Positions 21,654 to 32,526 of a stretch of 64,000 bases of DNA are shown piece by piece. Positions within the stretch are counted from its first letter, which is position 1; every line of letters begins with the position of its first letter. A program made the position numbers and the translations under genes. Source of the stretch: Macrostomum lignano (taxonomy: Eukaryota). The stretch is taken from NCBI GenBank assembly GCA_002269645.1, contig NIVC01000089.1, positions 806,001 through 870,000 of the forward strand, in the 5' to 3' direction. The notes under the pieces were generated by a model. It saw only the letters and a program-made list of their open reading frames with translations, had not been told where the DNA came from and did not search any database.

Positions 21654-22260
21654 TCAAGGAGCAGAACAAGCAATTTAAGCTAATCTGCCGCGACAAGGTC
21701 ACATGCGTGTCGACTGAAAATGATTAAGACAATTGCTAAAAAATCTCTTTTAGCGATGACCACGCGTAGTTATAGCCCATTGGATGCCTGGCCTGGATGT
21801 GCCTCTCCGCCGCATCTAGGCTGCCGCAGCCGCCCCGCGGGACCCAGGACTTGAGCAAAAACAATTTAAAGTTGTTGCCCAAGACACTGGAGTCCGACTG
21901 TGGCGGCTTCAGCTGCTGGGCGTTTTGATGCCATTTCGATGGGTGTTGATGCTGATTAACTCTCAATTGTATAATTTTTACTTGTGGGAATTTGTTTCTG
22001 TGATTATATCAACTCTAATAATGTGAAACTGAAAACCATCTTTTTGAATTGAATAAACTGGCACTGATGATAACATCTCTGGAATTAAAATGGTCTTATT
22101 TCATTTGTTTTGAAATTGAAAATAACCGAGACTTTGAAATTTTATTATTAAAACAGATAGCTATAGATCGCTGTTGTTGAGTCAGACTGACTGACTCGCT
22201 GGCTGTGGACAGGCCGGCCGGCAGACTGACTGGCTGGCGGGGGCTGTGAGGCCGGGGGAG

Positions 22261-22293
22261 CCAATAGGAGGCCGCTCAGAATCACTATAAAAG
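22261..22293 (+). promoter_or_regulatory. CCAAT plus TATAAAAG promoter
   Basis: CCAAT at 22261, TATAAAAG at 22286-22293, upstream of short ORFs. Confidence 0.45.
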
Positions 22294-22730
22294 AGAGACC
22301 CAGCGCGCCGAAAATCTTTTCAAATCGAAATTCGCGATCAACACACTTATCACAATGAACAGCAGCAGCGGCAGCATCAGCAGCTCCAATGGCGACGAAT
22401 TCGTAGGTTGGTGCGGTGGCTTTTATTGCGGCAACGAGTGTTGCCAGCCCGGCAACGGTTGTGAATTAATACGCGCCAATTAACAATGAAGAATGGGGCG
22501 TTGCCACCGCAGCAGCCGAAGAAGCCGCCACCGCCGCCTCCGCCGCCTCCGCCGCCGCAATGTAGAGTCGGACAGCAGTCTAAATCGGCAGCAGCAGCTG
22601 TGGTGCAAGGCCCCTGTCCTATGGTGAGCGGGACAAAGACGGCTGGCTGTGCCATGTTGCAGTCAGACCGTTCCCGTAGGCCCAATGACCAGGTGACCCA
22701 GCTGGGCCGTCATCAACAACAACAACAACA

Positions 22731-22799
22731 CTCGTCCTACACTCTGGGGGCCTCTTCGCGGCGGATGAGAGTTCCTAATTTGGATACGAACACCCGGAG
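22731..22799 (+). ncRNA. HDV-like self-cleaving ribozyme (predicted fold) at the exact 5' end of the LINE
   Basis: P1 CTCGTCC(22731-37)/GGATGAG(22763-69); P2 CTCTGGG(22742-48)/CCCGGAG(22793-99); P3 GCC(22750-52)/GGC(22760-62); L3 TCTTCGC; P1.1 C22754-G22771 and T22755-A22770; P4 TCC/GGA; J4/2 CGAA with candidate catalytic C22787. Confidence 0.8.
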
Positions 22800-22893
22800 T
22801 AACGCGGATCACCATGTTCACCATGATAAGAGAGGGTGGAAGAGATTGGAAGGGTATGCTGTGAAACCCGCTACCAACGCGCAGGAAGACAGG

Positions 22894-22953
22894 AGAGGCT
22901 GGAGAACTGAGCGGCTTGACAGGGACGGCGATGTGGAACCCAACCCTGGCCCG
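22894..22953 (+). other. 2A-like StopGo peptide ...RLDRDGDVEPNPG|P
   Basis: Exact D(V/I)ExNPGP consensus at 22930-22953, immediately before the first PHD cysteine. Confidence 0.88.
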
Positions 22954-25900
22954 TGCGCCAGATGTGGAAAAAACATCACTAGGGGCCAAAACCCGGTCCG
23001 CTGCGTCGGCTGCGGTAACGAAGTCCACGGCAGCTGCACAGGCTTGACTAGAGCGGGCCAGAGCAAAGCGAGAGAAGGAAAGAAGGATTGGAAGTGCGGC
23101 GGATGCTCTCAGCAGGAGGATTGGTTGGCGGAAGATGCCGCGGCGGCTGAGGAGAGAAGAAAACGCTGCATCGAGAGGATCGAGAAGGGTAGCAGATGTG
23201 CTAAGCCTGGCTGTGGAGGCAAGCTCAAGGTCACTAAGGTTATTGCGCGGTGCACTAGATGTGACGAACTGTTCCATAACAAGTGTACTGGAGCCAGCAG
23301 AGCTCAAATCGACGGTGAATTTAAAAAAGGCCTTTGGACCTGCCAGATGTGCTCAGACAAGTTGGAAAGAGCCAGAACCGATAATATCGCCGTGGATAAG
23401 GAAGAGACCAGAAACCCGGCCGGCGAGGGCTGGTCGAGCGCCCGGAGGGAAAACCTGAGGATTCTGCAATGGAACGCCGATGGCATTAGAAATAAGAAAG
23501 TGGAGCTTGAGCGGTTTCTGAAAGCGCATGACATTGACGTGGCTGTCATTCAGGAATCTAAACTTGACAGCGAGTCGCCAACCCCCCGCTTCGCCGGCTA
23601 CACCACCGCCCGGAAGGACAGGGTGGAGATCCGCAGAAGCGATAAGTCTAAAGGGGAGGCCTGATCACCCTGATCAAGCACAATCTTCCTTTCAAGCGCT
23701 GGACAGGCTGGAAAGGCACTACCACGGAGGGCTGCCGCGTGATCGTGGACGTTAACAGGAAGGAAAGGTGTGTCATCACTAATGTTTACCGCCCCCCTGT
23801 GCGCACTGTCGAAGGCAGTGACGACAGGGAGGATGATAGTGTCTGGAGCTGGCTTAAACCAGACAGAAGAGAGCTGATTCTCGGCGACTTAAACCTACAC
23901 AGCAGAAGCTGGGGAAGCTGCGACGACCAAGGAAGAGACAGCAGAAGGGAGGCTTTAGAGCTGGAATCCTGGTGCGAAGAATTTGACTACAGGATCCTAA
24001 ACGATGGAGCCGCGACGCGCGTGGATTGGCGTACAGGACGGACCAGCGTCCCGGACATTTCGTTGGCGGCGGGAGAGCTGGCGGAGCGCTGCGAGTGGAA
24101 AACCCTCGAAGGTCTCGGCTCAGACCATCTCCCCATCCTGGTCACCGTGGCTACCAGGAGAGAAATCCGGCAAAAGAAGACCAAGCTAAACTGGGCGTGG
24201 AAGAAAGCGGACTTCTCGGAGTTCCAACGTAATGCGGATGATCTGTTCGAGAAAGTGCCAAGGACCGAGTTAGCAGCCGAGGTCAGAGGGCTGAGTGCAG
24301 CCATGGTCAAGGCGGCGGAGTTGAGCATCCCTAAGAAGAAAGTGGGAGGAAAGTACAAACCTTTTTGGGACGATGAACTGAGCGCTCTGCAGAATGAGCG
24401 GGACAACTGCTCTAGAAGCACGACTGTCAGCAGAGAAAAGTGGTTGGAGGTAAACAGGAACCTGGAGGCTAAAATCAGGGAAAAGAAGCGGTCCTTCTGG
24501 GCCGAACATGTGGAAAGCCTTAAAGAAAACGACGACGGGAAGAAGACCTGGAGTACCATCAAATCACTGTACTCAGCTAGAGATACTGCCCCGCCTAACC
24601 AAATTTTAGCTGACAAAGGGCGCGAAGCCAGATCGGATGTCGAAAAGGCGGCTGTGTTCGTTAGCATGTACGCTGATAACAGTAAGGTCAAGATCGGGAA
24701 GGCGGACCGGGTCAAGCGGGTGGAGGTGGCTAGAAGACTAAGAGCCTATAACGCGCACCAGGAGTTTGACACACCATTCGTTATGGATGAGATGGATGAT
24801 GCGCTCAAGCTGATGGACCCAACGAAGAAGGGGGGAGTTGACGGAGTTGAAGTTCGGCTTCTTAAAAACCTCTCCGTAGTAGGCCGTCAGAGATGGTTGG
24901 ATGTTTTCAACAGAAGCTGGGCAGATGAGCTATGCCCTGGGTCCTGGAAGAAAGCGGAAATCGTTCCGTTGCTTAAACCCGGCAAAGACCCAGCGGCGAA
25001 GGAATCCTACAGACCGGTCAGCCTAACTCCGGTCTGCGCCAAGCTCATGGAAAGGATGGTCGTGAACAGGTTGTACTTCTGGCTGGAGGAGAATAACATC
25101 ATTCAGCCCTGGCAAGCCGGCTTCCAGAGGGGCAGAAGCACCGAGGAACAGGTGCTCAGGCTTGTGCAGCACATTCAAGACGGCTGGGAGAGCAAAAAAC
25201 CAAAAAAAACTCTGGCCGTGACATTGGACTGTTCGAAAGCGTTCGAAAAAGTTTGGAGAGTGAAACTCCTTGAGAGAATGATGGAGGAGGGCGTCCCAGC
25301 CAGGATCACAAGGTGGTTTGCTAGCTTCTTGGAAGGAAGACAAGCCAGAGTCCGTGCCGGGGACGGCAACAGCAAATACAGACGCCTCCAGGAAGGTCTC
25401 CCGCAGGGCGCGGTGAGCTCCCCTGTTCTGTTCCTCCTGTATGTAAATGGTTGGACCGGTGTGAAAGAGGAGGGAGTGCAGTACGGCGGCTTCGCGGATG
25501 ACCTGGCAGTCTGGTGCAGCGGAGATGACACCGAGGAGATCACTAAACGCCTGCAGCGTGCGCTGGATAAGATCGGCGGCTGGGCGGATGGCCTTAAAAT
25601 TGAGCTGAACCCAGGGAAGTGCGAATCCTGCCTCTTCAGCAAGTCCACGAAAGACAAAAATCGCCACCCGAAGCTCTGGATTAGCGGAAAGGAGATCGCG
25701 GGGAAAGTCTCGCTTAAGTACCTGGGAGTGCGCATCGACCGTGGCCTCAATTTCCAGGAACACACGGACGCCGTGGTCGATAAAATGCGCCGAAGAAGCA
25801 GGGTTCTCAAGGCGGTGGCCAATACGGAATGGGGCTGGCAGGCGGAGAGTCTCAAGAAAGTTTACTCTGCGATCGTTGAGAGCTGCGTTTGGTACGCCGC

Positions 25901-28036
25901 GGCAGCTTGGTTACCCTGGATTTCGAAGACCAACGTTCAAAAGATCGAGCGGGCGCAGCGTGAAGCCCTCCGTCTGACAGCTGGGCTCGTGAAATCAACG
26001 CCGGTGGAAGCGGTTCACCTGGAAACAGGAATCCCGCCCATTTCCGAAAAAGCGATCCTGCGCTGCGTTCTCGAATGGGAGAAAGCTGAGCGCGAGCCCC
26101 GACCCAGCCTCAAGCGTGATATGTGCGACATCGTCCTCCCCAGGAGACTTAAGGCAAACAAGGGATGGCGCGAGCAAGCGAGGTATGAAAGTAGATCCAT
26201 CAGCGAGGCTCCCAGGGAGGAATTCATGAGGAAAAGGCACCCCCCTTGGAGAAGGCTCAGACTCGACGGGGTCGGGTTGTTTCCCGACCTATCCGGCAAT
26301 GCCAAGAAGGGTGATGAAGACATCGCAGAAGACGCGGCTCGAACCATCCAGGAAAGAGGTCAGGTCGAGTTGAAAATCTTCACGGACGGCTCTGTAGACG
26401 GAAACGGAAGGAACGGAGGAGCGGCCTGTGTCGCCTGGTGCGATGAACGTGAGTACTGCAAGTTAGCTGCAGCGGGCGAATTCTGTAGCTCCCTTATCGC
26501 GGAAAGAACGGCTTTGCACCTGGCGCTAGATCTTGTGGAAGAGCTGAGGCCAAGTAGCGCTCTCATCCTGACTGACAGCAAGTCCGCCGTCTTGGCCACC
26601 GGTACCGAGAGGGTCACTGGAAACAGGAGCCAATTTAACTTGATTGACAGGCTCAGGAGGACGAGTGTATGGTGCAGCATCACCCTCCAGTGGATCCCAG
26701 GCCACTGCAGCATCGCTGGAAATGAGAGGGCCGACGAGCTGGCAAAGCAGGCAGCGCTCTTGCCCCAAGGGCAGACGGCCGTTGAGTTTGAGGCGTTACG
26801 CAGACACCTGAAGCACCGGTGGAGGCCCTGCATAAATGACCCCCGTCTGCGCTCGGTGTACGGTGGTGTGATTGAACGCGCGGAATGTGGCAGGAAAGTT
26901 GCTTCCATCTTAGCCCAGCTCAGGTCCGGTCACTGCAGACTCACTAAGTACTGGAGGCAGAAGATTGGTCTGGAAGCAGAAGGCGTTTGCGAGGACTGCG
27001 GTGACATAGAAGATAAAGACCACTGGTGGTCGTGCGCGCGTTGGGACGGGCTTCGGCAGCACACTGGTCTGCGTGAACTGAAGGATCTGCGCGAGGAGAA
27101 CATGGTGATAAGGTTCTTGAGGGTGGCCCACCCGCAGTGGATCACCTGAGAGCTCCGGTCCGAGGCACACACACACACACAACAACAACAGCAGCAGCAG
27201 CAGCAACAACATCCGAAGATGAAGAAGACGAGCCGCCGATTGGGTATCAATTTAGCCTCTCGGATGGGGCTGCAGCAGCACAGTACTGACGCTGCTAGTG
27301 GAAAGGTTGCTGCTGCCGCGGCTGACGACGACGAAGAGGCCGCATACCAAGAATTTTTGCGGCAATGGTGCCGCGAGCCAGACTTGGACATGGTAAATAA
27401 TTGCAGATTTTACTATGAATGCATTTTACCCGAAAACTTTTCATTTTGCAACTAAAAACTAATTGCTGATTCAAAATTTCAATGCATTATAGCGGAAAAC
27501 TTTCCCCATCCATTCCTTTTTCTAGCTAGCTGACTATTGTTTTGGCAGCCCCTCTGAGGAGCGGGCATACTATGCCGCGAAAAGGGAGAGGGCTGAGTAT
27601 GAGGCTGAGCTCCATGATGAGATAGCCGCGGAATTAGACACTTTGTTCCCCGGCTCGGGGCTTTGTTAATATTAATGACAATTTAATGTTGTGTCTGCAC
27701 GCATTTTTATTTTCATTCACCTTGTACATAGCTTGTTTTTATCAACTGTCGTGTCTGCACTCAATCTAAATTTTCATGCACCTCGTACTATATCTCGACT
27801 TGCTATATCATTAAATGTTGTGTATGCACACATGCGTTATCCACATGCACCTCGCGCATTAGTTTTCAAATAAATTGTTTTGTAAAATTTGAATATTGTG
27901 TTGAGATTTTTACCATTTTTTCGAGTCATGATATTTATAATGAACGAATGAAAAAAAACTATAAAACATTCTGTGTGTAAACACTGCGACTGATTATAAC
28001 CTCAAACTCACCAATTCCAGCTACGTCATCATCATC

Positions 28037-28498
28037 ATGGCTGCTTTAAAGGTGTCGCTGCTGACTGAAGGTGCCCGCTCGCCGGCCCGCCAGACGATCG
28101 GTTCTGTTGGTTACGATCTCTTTGCCTCTGAGGATGCTGTTGTCCGGGCCCGGTCGGTTGCGCAAGTGCCTCTCGGAATTTCAATCTAAGCGCCTGATGG
28201 GACCTACGCTCGGATTGCTGGCCGGTCTGGACTGGCGTTGCGCAAGTCTATACAAGTGGGTGCCGGCGTGATTGACCCTGACTATACTGCGGAATTGACT
28301 GTGGTGATATTTAATCATGGCAGTGCGGACTGGTTCATAACTCGGGGCTACCGTATCGCTCAATTAGTTTTGGAGCGTGTATTGATTGCTCCCGTAGTTG
28401 TAAGGGATCTCTATAGGGGAAATGGCGAAGAGGAGGAGGCTATAATTAGGCCTCAACTTGTTGTTCCCGGCTGTTTTGCTTTCTGTTTCAAGTATTGA
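28037..28498 (+). pseudogene. DUT: Intronless dUTPase pseudogene
   Basis: Motifs SVGYDL, GRSGLA, GVIDPDY, RIAQL; in-frame TAA at 28187; motif V (RG.GGFGSTG) degenerate; TATAAAA at 27960. Confidence 0.88.
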
Positions 28499-29389
28499 AA
28501 TGAAAATATACATGATCTCCACTTTTTCAAATCTAAAACTATGAATGCAATCTTTTTCAGTAAGAATCTCGACTCGTAAGCCTCTACTAACGGTAGTATA
28601 GTGTAATCAGCTACATTTGGTTTTGAGTAATTGAACATATAAATGGAAATATGCATATATAACGTGTTTTGTAAAACTTGGGGGTTAGTTGACTGATTTG
28701 GTAGTAGATGTGATTGTACAACCGCTGGTGCGCACGCACTGACCCACCTTTGCATGTACAGCTGTACACGTAGCAATTAGTGTTTCGAGTTGGAATTGTA
28801 CATATACTCTTGTGGGGTTGGCGATTCAAATGCGCAGAGCGGAGGCCGTCCTGTAGATTGGGGATTAATGTAGACACTGTACATATAGAAATTGTCATAG
28901 AAGTAGATTAATGCGCAAGTGTACATATAGAAGTATGCACTGTACAATTAGACAATGTGCATATAGAATTGGGGGTAGACATAGAAGCAGACAATGTACA
29001 CATACAATTTGGGGTAGATAGGATTAATGTACATATGTGAGTACATAAATTAATGTACACATACGAGTACATATTGAAGTATGCTATGTATATCATGCTT
29101 AGGATAGCGTTTTCATATACTACTTACTTCATTTTTCAGATAGTAGTATAATTTGCGTTTTTTGCGTCAAATCTGCCTTAAAACCCGGCAGTTTCTGCGC
29201 GTTACGTAGTTACATGTACTTCGATCTTGCGAAAGGCCTTCTAAGGATTTTGGCGTTGTGAAATTTCAACCTTAAGAAGCGACCCCTGTCTGCCTCTTGG
29301 CTTTAAACAGTTGAGTATACAGTGGACTTTATGGTGGGGAGACAAAGCCAAGAATTCAACATGTACATGTATGTCCATTATTTTGAACT

Positions 29390-29640
29390 GCTCATTTTGG
29401 CAGTGCAAGCACTCATTTTGGCGCCGCAGGCACTCATTTTGGCGCCGCAGGCACTCATTTTAGCGCCGCAGGCACTCATTTTGGCGCCGCAGGCACTCAT
29501 TTTGGCGCCGCAGGCACTCATTTTGGCGCCGAAGGCACTCATTTTGGCGCCGAAGGCACTCATTTTGGCGCCGAAGGCACTCATTTTGGCGCCGAAGGCA
29601 CCCAGTTTGGCGCCGAAGGAACTCATTTTGGCGCCGAAGG
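29390..29640. repeat. 21-bp minisatellite (GCACTCATTTTGGCGCCGCAG)n
   Basis: Directly visible; yields the ALILAPQ repeat ORF. Confidence 0.93.
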
Positions 29641-30219
29641 CACTATATCAGATATTTTGCGACCTGAAGAAAAACTAATGATTACCACAACGGGTCAGAA
29701 GGTGGGGTGGGGGTGACAAAGCAGTGGCATACCCCCCTAGCTTTACTGGGGGGATGTCCATGCCTGTGAGTGCAATGTGAGTATAAATAAGCGTCACCAT
29801 CTTCAAACGGTAGCAAAAGCAAATGCTGAGTTCCCAAAACATTTGTGAAAGAGATTTGTGAAAAACAGTGCGTTGCAAACGCGAAAAAACTCTTGTGCTC
29901 TCATTTCGATACGCTTACTTTTACAATATATTATTTCGACGAAATATTATGCCTTACGTCTGTCAAACAAATATTGGAATAAGTATAGTTTGCTAACTTA
30001 TAAGCTATGCATAGGTAATAAGAGAAGTCACGAAAAGGTTTTCTTCAAAGCAGCTATGCACAACAACCAAGTGCTGTTATGTTATATTACCTACATGTAT
30101 ACTTTTCACTTAGTGATGCTGCCTTGACGTGCTCAGGTTAATTGAGCATTGTGCCTTGAACCCCATTGAACGACAACGGCGCAAACTGGCAATTTTGCAC
30201 TGTTTGCAAAATCTTATGT

Positions 30220-30933
30220 CTATTGCTGCTGCTGCTCCGAGCAGAGTTCCACTCTCTGCTGCCGCAACAAAGCCAACATCAGGCTGCCCATATCAATGCT
30301 GCAGCTTCGGCGATGTCCGCAGCGCAACGACGCATCGGAGAATTTCGAGCAGCTGGTGACTTCTTTATCGCGCTGCCTAGACATATTCTTGAGCTGGTGT
30401 AGACTGTCGCTGCCAACCAGTTTGCTGTGGTTGGACATGTTCTTGGACTTATGTAACAGTTCTCTTCCAACCGATTTCGAATTCAACTGTCTAGATTTGT
30501 CTAGTCGCTCAACTGGTCTCGACTGATTGGAAATTTTTCTAGACCTGTGTAACCGCTCCGTGCCAACTACTAGTTTGCTGAGATTGGACACATTCTTGGA
30601 CTTTTGCAGCTGCTCGACACCGATTGGCTTTGACTTGTTGGACCAATTGATTGACTCCTGCAGCGGATCGCGACCGATCAGCTTGGAGCCGCTGTATCGG
30701 CGGGTGCGCGACGGTTGGAAATTCGGCTGCGCCGCTGGCGGCATGGTGATGCGTCGGGACGTCGACTGACGACGAGACGCGGACGTCTTGTAGACGGCTA
30801 ACAGCACCAAGCCGATGACCAGTATAGTCAGTAAGGTTAGCGACACCGACAGGGCAATGATAGCCCCGTTGCTAATGGTGCTCATGGCCTCGTTATTCTG
30901 GACGCGAGCTCTGCGGACTGGATGGTTCAACAT
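30220..30933 (-). CDS. Hypothetical single-pass membrane protein with ~20-aa basic repeats
   Basis: Hydrophobic IIALSVSLTLLTILVIGLVLLAVY followed by repeats such as SKLVGxExLHKSKNMSNH; 237-aa open frame; no family recognised. Confidence 0.5.
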   Translation of the reverse strand: MLNHPVRRARVQNNEAMSTISNGAIIALSVSLTLLTILVIGLVLLAVYKTSASRRQSTSRRITMPPAAQPNFQPSRTRRYSGSKLIGRDPLQESINWSNKSKPIGVEQLQKSKNVSNLSKLVVGTERLHRSRKISNQSRPVERLDKSRQLNSKSVGRELLHKSKNMSNHSKLVGSDSLHQLKNMSRQRDKEVTSCSKFSDASLRCGHRRSCSIDMGSLMLALLRQQRVELCSEQQQQ

Positions 30934-31654
30934 TTCTTTTGACTCCGGGAACTATTTCTAACGCACCCTGGTAACTGTCTCTTCATCTTTGACTGTCCAG
31001 TTCAGCAGTGCCGGATTAATAGGGCTGCAGATCAGCTAAACTAGACTGTATAGAATACTCCTTACTCCTCATGTATGGGGCTGTAGACCTCATTTATTAT
31101 GCAACTATCCTCTGACTGAAGTCGTTAGAGTGGACTAGTGCTTGAAGTTCAAATGCGTCTAATCGATGACCTCATTTAATAATTATATCTCTCTGTTTTC
31201 AAGACAATTCTACTATCACTAAAAAAATTCCGTTTTCTATTAGCAAAATAACCAGTGAAAATACAGTACGATTTACCTACCATTCCGTTTTGGAATCACA
31301 GTAATCCGCGAAATTCCTTTCTTTACAGAAACTGAAGCGCAATAGAAAACAGAAGTTGGAGGACATGAACCGAAACTAAATGAATATAATAAGAGTAGAT
31401 TAACTCAGTTACTCAAATTGATCTTTAGCTTATCGTCCGTCAAGTCAAATGGCAATCGATTGTAGGAAGTAACTTAGGCCATAGATATGATTCTGTGTAT
31501 CACCATCATTGCCTGCGGCAGTAAGGCACGCATCAGGAAACATGCCAGAAGCTGCTTTCTTCAGATCCACTTCTTCAATTAGCCGACCCAGGATATAGTA
31601 GCAAACTTAAATCGAGCTCATACCAGAGACGGCAAGGCCGCCTCGGCATCAGGG

Positions 31655-32526
31655 ATGGGCGATGAAGAAGAGGAAGACGACTACGAGTCCTACCTGTACT
31701 ACATTCACAGGTGGCACTGCCCTGACGAGCCGGAAGATGCGCCAATCAGCATCGCCGGCATGGAGGCCTACATCATGCGGGTGCTGGGCGAGGAGGTCAT
31801 GCAAATGCGCGACCCGATCGATACTGACATGGCCGCTTTCTACCACGACAATTGGGACAGCGGCAAGATGAAATTGGCGACAGCGTGAGAAAAACTGTTT
31901 TTGCTTCGTCTTGGAGAGTCGCAAGCTCAAAAATCGTGTCCGGTTTCCATTCGTGCGCATTCGTGTGGGTGTGTTTAGAGCCAACGGAAATGGGCATGAC
32001 TTTTATTGCCTCCCCATTAGCTGCCTGTCTATTTTCGTCCTGCTTTGCGGCGGACATTCGTCCAAGGCACCCTGCAAACAAGTATCTATTCCACTTTATT
32101 TATAATTAGGGATGTAAACTTTACTATGCCTTGTGGAATGGGCCTTTAAAAAGCATTAATTATATAAGCAAACCTATTTAACTCAGATTCCAATTTAGCT
32201 CTGCACCCCTGCACCCAATCCGCAGAGATTCATTCGCCGACCACAGCCACGAGAATGTCCGGCGCGTTCTCGGCTGCGGCCACTTTGTCTTGTGCCTGCT
32301 GTACATGACGCTAAACTGCATGGAGGTGCAGGAAGGCCCAGCCTGGCCCTACGCAAGATTCTGGCCTCGGATGCGGGAGAACCTCTTAGGCACGGGCCTG
32401 CTGGACCGGAAGACAACTTGCCACGCTGCTGGCGTCTATCGCTGGATGCAGGGCTTCCTGTTCAAGAACATCTTCAAGCGTATTGAGGATGACGATCCCT
32501 ACAAAGAGATCGTGCGTATCCCCTGA
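31655..32526 (+). CDS. Hypothetical acidic protein, possibly 2-3 exons
   Basis: GC-rich coding-like segments MGDEEEEDDYESYLYYIHRWHC... and ...CLLYMTLNCMEVQEGPAWPYARFWPR... separated by AT-rich GT-AG candidates; no family recognised. Confidence 0.3.

Larger units (their letters stand above)
22731..27180 (+). mobile_element. Full-length Ingi-like non-LTR retrotransposon: ribozyme, 2A, 2x PHD, APE, RT, RNase H, C-terminal Cys motif
   Basis: ORF 22765-27149 with a 1-nt deletion near 23655 (AAAGGGGAGGC); ILQWNADG, IQESK, GDLNLH, SDHLPI, SYRPVSLT, QAGFQRGRS, GLPQG, FADD, FTDGS, LTDS, LQWIPGHCSIAGNERAD; (CA)n tail; AACAACAACA TSD at 22721-22730 and 27181-27190. Confidence 0.93.
22486..27669 (+). 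pseudogene. Orphan polyP/polyQ/LRQWCxEPDLD protein, copy B, split by the LINE (parts 22486-22730, 27191-27392, 27526-27669)
   Basis: Removing the element plus one TSD copy restores ...LGRHQQQQQ|[13 protein letters not shown]...FLRQWCREPDLDM in frame; a predicted phase-0 intron joins LADYCFGSPSEERAYYAAKRERAEYEAELHDEIAAELDTLFPGSGLC. Confidence 0.55.
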
